Virus record (IMG/VR): IMGVR_UViG_3300037313_000882
DNA from: a virus
Length of the DNA: 57,270 nt
Reading direction: 5' to 3' (one strand)
The notes below the pieces were generated by a model, which saw only the letters and a program-made list of their open reading frames with translations, did not search any database and was not told where the DNA came from. Made by a program: the position numbers and the translations under genes. This document shows positions 16,960-24,731 of the stretch, one piece after another (within the stretch, counting starts at the first letter, position 1; each line of letters starts with the position of its first letter).

Positions 16960-17120
16960 GGCTGTTATGGTGTTACACCCTTGATGGGTGTAACACCTAC
17001 TGAAACTCAGAGAATATACCATCAAATAACTACACGAGCACGCGCCTATACGCGCGCGAGATGGTTTTCCACAGGCGTTACACGAGGCGTCACGAGCATC
17101 ACGGACGACATGTAACAGCA
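16960..17120. promoter_or_regulatory. Iteron-rich, AT-richer spacer; candidate replication origin and/or middle promoter
   Basis: Perfect 12-bp inverted repeat GGTGTTACACCC (16969-16980) / GGGTGTAACACC (16986-16997). Further GTTACA copies at 17077-17083 and 17111-17117. AT-rich run at 17010-17035. It lies directly downstream of the primase/helicase gene. Confidence 0.4.
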
Positions 17121-17135
17121 GCATCGGAGGCCAGG

Positions 17136-19025
17136 TCATAGGCGCCGCTCCCCCTTTGCCGTGATCCAAAGCCAGTGGTCATCTCGGCCGATCAGATCAT
17201 CGAGCCACAGCTCGTTTCCGTCCCGGCTGATCGCTGTACGGATTGCACCGGGCTCCATTCCGGCCCCGCAAATGGCTACGTACAGATCGCGGAACTTGCC
17301 GTAGGAGACCCCGACCTGATCGGGATCGCAGGAGGGATTTGGAGGCACGATACCGCCGTACCGATGGATCGCTTCTTCCAAGACCTTGAGGAACCGTCGC
17401 TGGCCGGCTGCCAATCGGGGGCGCTTACTGGTCCGTTCGTCTCCATCCTGGGCGGGGACCACCACACATGAAGTGATGGGCTTGCCGTCGTCATAGGACC
17501 CGATCTGAAGGGGTTGCAGGTCGAAACCGATCTTGAGGCCGTCCTCGCCGTCCTTGAGCTTGGTCAGGCGCAGGCTTCTGAAATTCGTGTCTTCGTCTCG
17601 CGTCACCTCTATGGCTGTGCTGATGTTGGCGCGCAGGCTGGTGTGACCGCGCTCGCGGTCGCCGGCTGCGTTCTTGTGGTGGACGTAGATCAGCGCGGCG
17701 CCCGTGGCCTTGTTGATCCGCTCGCCGGCCTGAAGGGCGCGGCTCATGTCTTCCGACGCGTTCTCGTTCGCGCCCGGCGTAGCTGTCGAGAATGTGTCGA
17801 TCACGACCAGGGACAGCGGCTCCGTCAGGACCGCCGACCACGCCAAGCATTCGTCCACGAATGCATCGACGTTCCCGTCCTTGCCGAACAAGTCGACGCG
17901 CTCTGGGAGCAGGATGAACGGCACGTCTTCCAGAACGCGGTTGTGTAGGCGATACGCCTTGAGGCGCTTGACGAGCCCTGAGCCGCCCTCACCCGCCTGA
18001 TAGATCACAGAACCTTGGCGCGTCTTCTTGCCGAGGAATGGAACGCCCCTGGCGACCGAGAGCCCCATGTCGACGGCCAGGAATGATTTTCCACACCCCG
18101 ACGCGCCGTAGATCATCCCCACGTCGCATGTGAACAGGAGGTCCTCGACCAGGAAATCCTGCTTGATCTCGACGCTATCCAGATCCGCCCACGCAATGGC
18201 GCCGAAGCGGCTTGGGGGGCGCTCTGCAGCGCACGGCAGCGCATGGTCCACGAGCGCGCGTAGGACGTCCACGGACTCCCTCATCAAGAAATCGGAAACG
18301 TCGCCTTTGGGGGGCAGGCCCGGTAGCTCCAGGCTCCGCACCGAAGCCGCCACGCCCCGCAGGGAAGCCGCAACCGCATCACGATGCGCATGGCCGGCAT
18401 CGTCGTTGTCGGGCAGAATAACTACGTCAGCGCCGGCAAAAAGGGGCGCAAAGGCTGCTGACCATTTCCCGGCGCCGCCTGCGTTGCAGGTCGCAGGAAG
18501 ATTCGCGCGCCACAAGGCGTCAGCGTCCTTCTCGCCCTCGACCACGAACACCGTCTTGCCGTCTGCGATGGCCTCCAGAAGCTCAGGAAGGCGATAGGGG
18601 ACCTGGCGCACACCCTTGACGCTCCACGACCATCCCCGACCATCCGGGCGGCGCTGACGAAACGTCTTCGGGTCGTAGCGGACGACTTGGAACAGAACTT
18701 CCCCGGCCTCGTCCACATAGTCATACGTCGCGACAATCCGCGCTTGTTGCCGGGGCTCGCCCAAGTCCGCGCCCAGCTCGTCGCGAAGCCAATTCGCCGC
18801 CGCTTGTCCTTTCAGGCCCGTCTCGCGGCCGATCAGATCCAGAACGCCGCCGCCTTTTTCTGCTTCATGATCGAAATAGGTCCCCTTCTCCAAATCAACG
18901 GACAGGGAACCGTGCGACCCGAACCGCAGTTCAGAGCTGGTGGAAAGCTGCCTGTTGGGCTGCCCGAGCAAACGAACAGCCACGGCCTCGATATGTTGGG
19001 CGAGAGGATCGGCGGCCATGATCAT
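17136..19025 (-). CDS. Bifunctional DNA primase (TOPRIM) / RepA-like helicase (AAA_25)
   Basis: 629 aa with TOPRIM motifs VFVVEGEKDADAL and ILPDNDDAGHAH, Walker A GASGCGKS and a VVIDTFS Walker B-like motif. Confidence 0.85.
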   Translation of the reverse strand: MIMAADPLAQHIEAVAVRLLGQPNRQLSTSSELRFGSHGSLSVDLEKGTYFDHEAEKGGGVLDLIGRETGLKGQAAANWLRDELGADLGEPRQQARIVATYDYVDEAGEVLFQVVRYDPKTFRQRRPDGRGWSWSVKGVRQVPYRLPELLEAIADGKTVFVVEGEKDADALWRANLPATCNAGGAGKWSAAFAPLFAGADVVILPDNDDAGHAHRDAVAASLRGVAASVRSLELPGLPPKGDVSDFLMRESVDVLRALVDHALPCAAERPPSRFGAIAWADLDSVEIKQDFLVEDLLFTCDVGMIYGASGCGKSFLAVDMGLSVARGVPFLGKKTRQGSVIYQAGEGGSGLVKRLKAYRLHNRVLEDVPFILLPERVDLFGKDGNVDAFVDECLAWSAVLTEPLSLVVIDTFSTATPGANENASEDMSRALQAGERINKATGAALIYVHHKNAAGDRERGHTSLRANISTAIEVTRDEDTNFRSLRLTKLKDGEDGLKIGFDLQPLQIGSYDDGKPITSCVVVPAQDGDERTSKRPRLAAGQRRFLKVLEEAIHRYGGIVPPNPSCDPDQVGVSYGKFRDLYVAICGAGMEPGAIRTAISRDGNELWLDDLIGRDDHWLWITAKGERRL

Positions 19026-19420
19026 TGGAGAACCGTAGGCGACGGCGCCGAAGACGCAGTTAACGCCTTGGAAACCATTTTCAGGTTGGCGCCATTGTCG
19101 CTGGCGATCGCGTCAACGCGCGCTTTGAGGTCTTGAAGGGCGCCATCGCATTCCACCCGGCATTCTGGCGTTAACCGGTAGCCCGTGCGGGGAAAGTGCT
19201 GGAACGAACCTTGCGGCAGGCCGCGCCGCAAATAGGTCAGGTAGACCTCCGTCGAGCCATGGGTCAGACTGGCGCGGTCGGCCAGTTCATGCAGAGTCAG
19301 AAATGCTGGCCAGGGCTCGGACCGCAGCGCAGCGACTATCCGTCCCCCGCCAAGCGGAAGGCCAAACCATTCAGCCAATGCGCGGGCCTCCAGGGTCTCA
19401 CACTCGGCTGGACGCCTCAT
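19022..19420 (-). CDS. Winged-helix DNA-binding protein (132 aa)
   Basis: Start at MRRPAECE with an ATGA overlap. LTLHELA...EVYLTYLRRGLP...GYRL resembles an OmpR/PhoB-type winged helix. Confidence 0.5.
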   Translation of the reverse strand: MRRPAECETLEARALAEWFGLPLGGGRIVAALRSEPWPAFLTLHELADRASLTHGSTEVYLTYLRRGLPQGSFQHFPRTGYRLTPECRVECDGALQDLKARVDAIASDNGANLKMVSKALTASSAPSPTVLQ

Positions 19421-19833
19421 GCCGCGCTCCTGCGACCGAGGGCGTCCCAATGGGCCAGGTCAGCGTTGCTCCGCGCATCAGATCCAGCGAGAATTGCGTC
19501 GGCGCGGTCCGGGTATTGCCAGCGGATGCAGGCCTCATAGTGCTTGCGATAGGGCGGCTTCACGTCGTCATTGCCGGTCGAGCGCGTGCGCACATCGTGG
19601 CCGGCGGCCTTCAGCGCTCGGTATATCGCGCTCGGATCAGTCCCCCAGGCCTTGGCGACGCCGATAGGGGAATATCCGGCGTCAATCACCAGGCGGCGCC
19701 AGACCTCGACGCGGGCGCGAGTGATGAGCTTCGTCCGCCGAAACGCCACGACATCGGGTAGCACGCCTAGCTGTTCAGCCGTCTCGACGATGACGCGCTG
19801 GACCAGCTCGCGGGAGGGCCAGGGCGCAGTCAT
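19417..19833 (-). CDS. DnaA C-terminal-domain-like HTH protein (138 aa)
   Basis: RTKLITRARVEVWRRLVIDAGYSPIGVAKAWGTDPSAIYRAL resembles the DnaA domain IV HTH. It sits in the replication module. Confidence 0.5.
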   Translation of the reverse strand: MTAPWPSRELVQRVIVETAEQLGVLPDVVAFRRTKLITRARVEVWRRLVIDAGYSPIGVAKAWGTDPSAIYRALKAAGHDVRTRSTGNDDVKPPYRKHYEACIRWQYPDRADAILAGSDARSNADLAHWDALGRRSAA

Positions 19834-20081
19834 GCCGAACCCCTCATCGAAAGGACTTCGGCCACCCGGCGCTCAAAGCGCGCCCGCTGATCGTCGGAGA
19901 CGGAGAGCAGCAGGCCATTGATCGTGGCGCGCTGCTTCAGGGTCGCTCGGGCTTCACGGACGGCCTGGGCTCGCTGGGACAGCAGATGCGCGGCCTCCGC
20001 CACCACATCCGCATCTTCCTTCGCCTTCCTGGCCTTCATCGCCTTGAAGGGGTGGAACAAGACCGAAAACGGCGGAGTCAT
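19830..20081 (-). CDS. Hypothetical protein (83 aa)
   Basis: Internal ATG (MTPPFSVLF...) with an ATGA overlap with the methylase stop. Confidence 0.45.
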   Translation of the reverse strand: MTPPFSVLFHPFKAMKARKAKEDADVVAEAAHLLSQRAQAVREARATLKQRATINGLLLSVSDDQRARFERRVAEVLSMRGSA

Positions 20082-20896
20082 GCAGCCTCCTGATCGAATA
20101 GAGTGGGCTGGGCAGCGGCGGGATTGATCCAGAGGACCTCCGTCCGCTCTTTGGCGCCGTCCGCTAGCGCCTTGCGTTCGACGCGCTTCCAATCGCTGAG
20201 CGCGTCGTCATAGAGCTTCGACGGATAGCCAGAGAGGACGACCTTGCCGGCGAGCCCCCGCAGGAAGATCAATAGCTTGGCGTGATCGTCGCGGGTGAGC
20301 TCGTGCGCGTAGTCCTTGCCGAGGTCGGACCTCGTTTCCGGCAAATAGGGAGGGTCGACATAGTGCAGCGTTTCGGCGCTATCGTGCGCGGCCATCAATT
20401 CGCAGGCGTCGCGGCTCTCGATGACCACGCCGCGTAAACGCTCGATGACCCGGACGAGCGCATCGGGATAATTGGCCCAATCATGCGCCGGCGTCGTGCC
20501 CGACCGGTTCGAGTTGGCGCGAAAACCTGTCGAGCGATTATGGCCGTTTGAGCCAAACCCCATGAAACTGCGCATGACCAAGCATCTCGCCCGCTCGCGC
20601 GGCTCATCGGATCCGATGTAGGCTTCGTCAAACTCCGACCGTGCGAACGGCGTAAGACGCAGGGCCTCAACAAGCGCGCAGGCTTCCTCTGACCGCAGCA
20701 CGCGGAACAGGTTGACGACTTCACCGTCTAGGTCGTTGTAAACTTCCGCGTACGAGCGAGGCTTGCGCAGGAGCACGGACGCTGCGCCGCCAAAAGGTTC
20801 GACATAGACCCGATGGGGCGGAAAGTGGCCGATCACCCAAGGGGCGAGAACCCACTTGCCGCCATGCCACCGCAAGACAGGCCGCGTCGGTTTCAT
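20078..20896 (-). CDS. N6-adenine DNA methyltransferase, D12 (Dam) class
   Basis: Start at MKPTRPVLRWHGGK. Motif I is YVEPFGGAASVLL and motif IV is VDPPYLPE. The N-terminal 74 codons of the track ORF are rejected. Confidence 0.85.
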   Translation of the reverse strand: MKPTRPVLRWHGGKWVLAPWVIGHFPPHRVYVEPFGGAASVLLRKPRSYAEVYNDLDGEVVNLFRVLRSEEACALVEALRLTPFARSEFDEAYIGSDEPRERARCLVMRSFMGFGSNGHNRSTGFRANSNRSGTTPAHDWANYPDALVRVIERLRGVVIESRDACELMAAHDSAETLHYVDPPYLPETRSDLGKDYAHELTRDDHAKLLIFLRGLAGKVVLSGYPSKLYDDALSDWKRVERKALADGAKERTEVLWINPAAAQPTLFDQEAA

Positions 20897-20984
20897 CGCG
20901 CAGTTCCCAAGGGGAACAAGACCGAAAGGAACCGGGTTGGGGGTTGGTCTGGGTGTAGGCGTGTGTCTGGCTTGGCTGTAAAAA

Positions 20985-21158
20985 TCACCGGTCCTCTCCC
21001 TTGATCTTGGCGCGCTGTTCCGCCGCCCAATCAGCGATGCCGAGCGCCACGCTCTCGATGGCTCCGCCCAGCATCGACACCAGGATCGCCAGCCCCAGGA
21101 CCAGCCAGAGGCCACCAATCGCCGACCAGCGCCCCAAGGCGCTCAGCGCGCTCCGCAT
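20985..21158 (-). CDS. Small membrane protein (57 aa)
   Basis: MRSALSALGRWSAIGGLWLVLGLAILVSMLGGAIESVALGIADWAAEQRAKIKGEDR. GC3 is very high in this frame where it overlaps the tail of the ORF at 21031..21471. Confidence 0.4.
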   Translation of the reverse strand: MRSALSALGRWSAIGGLWLVLGLAILVSMLGGAIESVALGIADWAAEQRAKIKGEDR

Positions 21159-21471
21159 GGGCTTGCCTTTCCCGGATGAGGTATTGCTCAGCGGTCTGGT
21201 CCAGGAGCGCCCCAAAGATCGGGAACAGAACCGTCCAGCCGCCTCGCTTATGTGAGACGATCTTGTCGAAGGTCGCCCAGGACGCCCGCCCCGTGCAGAC
21301 CGAACGGGCCTCGTCGTCGTTGAGGTCCCATTCCTTCATCACAGCCTTGCGCCGGCTGTAGGGCCAGCGAAGCTCGACGTATTTCGAGAGCGCGTCGCGA
21401 GTGCGCTGAAGGTCAAAGCCGGGAAGATTTTCCCCAAACCCATCGCGTATTTCCATGTGCGTCACCGACAT
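21031..21471 (-). CDS. Hypothetical protein (146 aa); 3' end uncertain
   Basis: Start at MSVTHMEIRDGF with a GAGG RBS. The last ~40 codons have poor GC3 and overlap the ORF at 20985..21158. Confidence 0.45.
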   Translation of the reverse strand: MSVTHMEIRDGFGENLPGFDLQRTRDALSKYVELRWPYSRRKAVMKEWDLNDDEARSVCTGRASWATFDKIVSHKRGGWTVLFPIFGALLDQTAEQYLIRERQAHAERAERLGALVGDWWPLAGPGAGDPGVDAGRSHRERGARHR

Positions 21472-21503
21472 AGTGGCCTCGCACAAGCGGGGAGTTCAGC
21501 GAC

Positions 21504-21761
21504 ATGGAGGGGTTCAACAGCGCACAGTTCGAGGCCGCGCAGCGAGCCTGGCAGGCAGGCGCGGACCATCAGGACCCAGACACGCGCAAGGCGCTGGAAC
21601 GCCTCAGCGCGACCTACTTCTGGGCAAGCATCGGAATGGGGAGAGCGGCGGGGCTCAGTGCCGCCCTCCCCTCCGTCCGGGTCTTCCCGGACTGCACGCA
21701 GAGCCGACAGACTGGGGGATGCGGCTTGCGTGATGGGATTGGGGATCTGGGCCACGGTTAG
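21504..21761 (+). CDS. Possible small + strand gene (85 aa)
   Basis: High GC3 over the first ~60 codons and a GGGGAG RBS. Only 32 nt separate it from the divergent neighbour, which counts against it. Confidence 0.3.
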   Translation: MEGFNSAQFEAAQRAWQAGADHQDPDTRKALERLSATYFWASIGMGRAAGLSAALPSVRVFPDCTQSRQTGGCGLRDGIGDLGHG

Positions 21762-22099
21762 GCGCCCCACGTCTTGCGATGGATGACATTCCACACGGTC
21801 ATGGGCGTCACTCCAAAGCGGACCGCTAGCGCCACCTGACTGCGATTAGGGTCGCGAGGCTTCCACTCCCGACGAATGATCTCGACGGCCTCCTGCGTCA
21901 GCGCAGCGTTTGGCGCGTCTTCCCCCTTGAGGCATTCCTTGTGACCATCTGGACCCGAAAGCCCGGCGCGGTTACAGACGCCAATGACCACATTGTGGGA
22001 CAGGCCAAGCTCGCGGGCGATTGCGCGGGGCCACATACCGGCTTTCCGCATTGCAACGATCTTGGAGTTACGCTCGGGATATTGCTCGCGGGCGGCCAT
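21758..22099 (-). CDS. GcrA-like N-terminal domain protein with a C-terminal HTH (113 aa)
   Basis: KIVAMRKAGMWPRAIARELGLSHNVVIGVCNRAGLSGP parallels the GcrA N-terminus (L...G.S..QIA..LG...RNAVIGK.HRLGLSGR). The C-terminal SQVALAVRFGVTPMTVWNVI is HTH-like. Confidence 0.6.
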   Translation of the reverse strand: MAAREQYPERNSKIVAMRKAGMWPRAIARELGLSHNVVIGVCNRAGLSGPDGHKECLKGEDAPNAALTQEAVEIIRREWKPRDPNRSQVALAVRFGVTPMTVWNVIHRKTWGA

Positions 22100-22225
22100 C
22101 TATCTCTTCCCAATCACGGTCGCGAGGAGACGCCACGCCGACCACAAGGACCCGGCCGCCAGCGCTATTGCGGCAATCCAGGCTGCAAGACGGTCCCAGT
22201 TGATGAACGAACCCCGGTTGCGCAT
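22100..22225 (-). CDS. Small membrane protein (41 aa)
   Basis: MRNRGSFINWDRLAAWIAAIALAAGSLWSAWRLLATVIGKR. Its stop abuts the start of the GcrA-like gene. Confidence 0.3.
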   Translation of the reverse strand: MRNRGSFINWDRLAAWIAAIALAAGSLWSAWRLLATVIGKR

Positions 22226-22249
22226 CAGGCGAAACCCTTCGCTCTACAC

Positions 22250-22278
22250 GCGACAATTGCACGCAATTCGGGTATATT
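22250..22278 (+). promoter_or_regulatory. Candidate promoter (GCGACA-N17-TATATT) with an embedded 14-bp palindrome AATTGCACGCAATT
   Basis: The palindrome at 22255-22268 lies in the spacer. The element is upstream of the + ORF at 22403..22687. Confidence 0.35.
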
Positions 22279-22402
22279 GATCTTGGGGGCAACGATGTGG
22301 TGAGCTTGACCGTCAGCCCGGAAGTCTCTCCCCCCTACACGGGCGCTTTGTTTACGGTGTGCGCTCATGCGGGATTCACCAGGGGGAAGCGACATTGGCC
22401 GG

Positions 22403-22687
22403 ATGGCCGACGCTTCGAAATCCGGCGACCCGATGGCTTCGGTCACGCCCGAGGCTGTGTTGATCCGTGTCGGGATCAGCGCTTTGCTGGAGGTGCTGGG
22501 GCCGAAGAAGGGCTCCCAGTTCCTCCGCGTCATGGCCAGGACACTCGCCGACGAGCAGGCGCTGTCCTCCGTCCTGCCGATCAACCGGCCGATCAAGGCC
22601 AATGCGGACCACGCACGAGCCCGGCAGCAGGCCGCCGCCGTGTTCGAGCAGATGCTGCCGATGTTGCTGGCCAAGGTGACGCGGTAG
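22403..22687 (+). CDS. Hypothetical helical protein (94 aa); mutually exclusive with antisense ORF 22225..22692
   Basis: Translation: MADASKSGDPMASVTPEAVLIRVGISALLEVLGPKKGSQFLRVMARTLADEQ... Both strands share the codon third position, so GC3 cannot discriminate. G-rich first positions and composition favour the + frame. Confidence 0.4.
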   Translation: MADASKSGDPMASVTPEAVLIRVGISALLEVLGPKKGSQFLRVMARTLADEQALSSVLPINRPIKANADHARARQQAAAVFEQMLPMLLAKVTR

Positions 22688-22691
22688 GGCA

Positions 22692-22889
22692 TCAGGCGCG
22701 CTCAACAAGCAGGAGCTTCGCGGCCGGTATCTTCGTCACCTCCTCCAGAGCGCGAGCCGCCTCGACGGAGGGAATGCTCTTGCGGCGTCGGATGCGCGAA
22801 ATCTGGGACCTGGATAGACGTCCGCGAAGCCGCCGCTCAAGCTCGGCATCCTTGATCCCCTTGCGGGTCATCCAATCTTCGAGAGTCAT
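22692..22889 (-). CDS. Cro-like HTH regulator (65 aa)
   Basis: MTLEDWMTRKGIKDAELERRLRGRLSRSQISRIRRRKSIPSVEAARALEEVT. It is divergent from the CI-like gene and is the first gene of the leftward (lytic) arm. Confidence 0.65.
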   Translation of the reverse strand: MTLEDWMTRKGIKDAELERRLRGRLSRSQISRIRRRKSIPSVEAARALEEVTKIPAAKLLLVERA

Positions 22890-22897
22890 ACGATGCA

Positions 22898-22984
22898 ATG
22901 TGCACTAGGTGCGCATCAGGGTCAAGGTCGATGTGCATTCGGTGACGTGGCGAGCGTTTCCGTCGCGGCGCACAATGTGCACAT
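22898..22984. promoter_or_regulatory. Immunity operator/promoter region with three ATGTGCA(C/T)-type sites
   Basis: ATGTGCACTAGGTGCGCAT (22898-22916, imperfect dyad), ATGTGCAT (22931-22938), and the palindrome ATGTGCACAT (22975-22984) overlapping the CI-like start codon. Confidence 0.6.
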
Positions 22985-23303
22985 GGCCCAGAAGAATCAG
23001 CCTCGGCACTATCTGCGCGCCTGGCGCAAGTTCCGGGGCTACACCCTGGAGCACGTCGCCGAGCATGTGGGCATGACCCACCAGAACCTCGGCAAGATCG
23101 AGCGCGGCCGAGTTCCCTACAACGAGACGCTGCTGGACATCCTAGCGGACTTCTACCGCACGGATCGCGGCAGCCTGATCATGCGCGATCCCTCGCGCCC
23201 AGATCCGATCTGGTCGATCTACGACACGTTGCCAGCGCCTAAGCGCGTCGAGCTGGAACGGGAATTGGCCCCCACCATTGAGCGGCTGAAGAAGACCGGC
23301 TAG
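22983..23303 (+). CDS. CI-like XRE-family repressor (106 aa)
   Basis: MAQKNQPRHYLRAWRKFRGYTLEHVAEHVGMTHQNLGKIERGRVPYNETLLDILADFY is a classic HTH_3 sequence. Confidence 0.75.
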   Translation: MAQKNQPRHYLRAWRKFRGYTLEHVAEHVGMTHQNLGKIERGRVPYNETLLDILADFYRTDRGSLIMRDPSRPDPIWSIYDTLPAPKRVELERELAPTIERLKKTG

Positions 23304-23497
23304 TGGGCCTTCTCGCGCGGCTCGGCTATGTGATCTGGCTGGCGGCCGCCGCTTTCGGGGGATTGCTCCTATTTCTGGTCACTGTCGGCGCCGTCCAGAG
23401 CGGTGAGCTGATGGGAACCCATATCTTCGTCGGCATCTTTGCGCTGATCGTCATCGCGATTGGTCGCGCGATCCGCTTCGTCCTCGCAGGCGACTAA
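23303..23497 (+). CDS. Two-TM membrane protein co-transcribed with the repressor (64 aa, GTG start)
   Basis: ORF track. Two hydrophobic helices. It occupies the rexB-like position. Confidence 0.55.
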   Translation: MGLLARLGYVIWLAAAAFGGLLLFLVTVGAVQSGELMGTHIFVGIFALIVIAIGRAIRFVLAGD

Positions 23498-23563
23498 ACC
23501 CTTACTGTAGCTGAGTTTACGCGCTCCAGGCGCGCAACGGCGCTTGGCCGCGTCTGAGAAAAA

Positions 23564-23614
23564 TGCGCACCACACGCACTTTTCGCTTGCTGCGTCTGCG
23601 CACGTCATGCACAT
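23564..23614. promoter_or_regulatory. Second operator region (OL/PL-like) ahead of the rightward early operon
   Basis: ATGCGCAC (23564-23571) and ATGCACAT (23607-23614) are reverse-complement matches to the half-sites at 22898-22984. TTGCTG-N17-CACATT overlaps the second site. Confidence 0.45.
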
Positions 23615-23650
23615 TCTCTCCATCGGCCCACGCCGAATGGAGACAGAGCG

Positions 23651-23833
23651 ATGATCCTCAAGGAATACCGCACCGGCCTCGAATTTCCGGCTGAGCCGCG
23701 CGAGATCTTCTACGTCCGCGATGGCCAGGGCCGCGTTGTCGAGAGCTGGCAAGTGGTCAGCTCCGAAAAAGGCAAGCGCCACCAGTTCGTGAGCTTCGCC
23801 ATCGACGGCTACCGCAACGTCGGCGATCTGTGA
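23651..23833 (+). CDS. Hypothetical early protein (60 aa)
   Basis: ORF track, with a GGAGA RBS. Confidence 0.5.
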   Translation: MILKEYRTGLEFPAEPREIFYVRDGQGRVVESWQVVSSEKGKRHQFVSFAIDGYRNVGDL

Positions 23834-24066
23834 TGAACGCCCAATCCCAAGACCGCCAGACCTACCGCGAAGTCCACGACGCCCTGACCGCTGGAAAGCC
23901 GGTCGTGCGCGACTTCCAGACGGGCCAGGTCGTGCCGGAAAGCCTGCGCGGCAAGCTCTACTCGGCCGCAGACCTTCACGCCTCGGCGTTCGCGGCCATC
24001 GACGTGGCGTTCAAGAAGCCGCTTCCGAAGCCTGCCTCCCCCTCCCTCATGCAAGCGGCTGAATAG
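23830..24066 (+). CDS. Hypothetical early protein (78 aa)
   Basis: ORF track, with an ATGA overlap. Confidence 0.5.
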   Translation: MMNAQSQDRQTYREVHDALTAGKPVVRDFQTGQVVPESLRGKLYSAADLHASAFAAIDVAFKKPLPKPASPSLMQAAE

Positions 24067-24068
24067 AG

Positions 24069-24731
24069 ATGGTCGAGCTTTCCTATCGCGATCGCCTTGT
24101 GGCGGCCGTCGGCGGAGCCGAACGGTTTGAGCGCTCCTTCGATCAGCGCACCCACTACCCCGACCGATCCGCGCGAGTGAACCTCGATGAGGGCGTGGCA
24201 TGGTGGACCGCTGGCGCTGAAGCTGTCCGGTCCGCCGGCGGCGACGAAGCGCTGGTCACCGAGTGGAGCGAACGCTTTCTCCGCAAGTGGGTCGCCTATC
24301 AGCAAGCCGGCGCTCGAACCGTCAACTGGTTCATCACCGGCCGCGCCCGCTTTCCGGTCGAGCGCAACAACAAGCGCATGGAGACCGAGCGCAAGCGCTG
24401 TGACGAGGTCCTGGCGCACGTGAATGGCGCGGGGTCTTGGGCGGCTCGCCGGCTTCGGTCGGCCGCCACGGCTGCGGCCTCTCAGGCCGCCCAGGAGGCA
24501 GGCGTGGAGCACAAGGAGAAGGCATTCGAGGGCGGCAAGATCGTTCTGAACAAGGCCATCGACCGTGTGCAATTGGTCTTCGACGGCAAGCCTGCCCCCG
24601 AGATCATCTCCGAACTCAAGAGCCGCGCTTTCCGCTGGTCTCCGCGCGAGGGCGCTTGGCAGCGCCAACTCACTCAGAATGGCGTCTGGGCCGCTGAGGC
24701 AGTCGCACGCTCTGTCGGAGCCGCCCAATGA
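24069..24731 (+). CDS. Hypothetical protein with a C-terminal F.GKP......LK...FRWSP module (220 aa)
   Basis: The C-terminal VFDGKPAPEIISELKSRAFRWSPREGAWQR is a module seen at the ends of DUF3560-type plasmid and phage proteins, recalled from memory. Confidence 0.55.
   Translation: MVELSYRDRLVAAVGGAERFERSFDQRTHYPDRSARVNLDEGVAWWTAGAEAVRSAGGDEALVTEWSERFLRKWVAYQQAGARTVNWFITGRARFPVERNNKRMETERKRCDEVLAHVNGAGSWAARRLRSAATAAASQAAQEAGVEHKEKAFEGGKIVLNKAIDRVQLVFDGKPAPEIISELKSRAFRWSPREGAWQRQLTQNGVWAAEAVARSVGAAQ

Noticed and set aside
16924-17169. 81-aa ORF spanning the iteron spacer
   Set aside because: It is Cys-rich and has low GC3. It runs through inverted repeats and into the primase stop, so the region is more plausibly non-coding.
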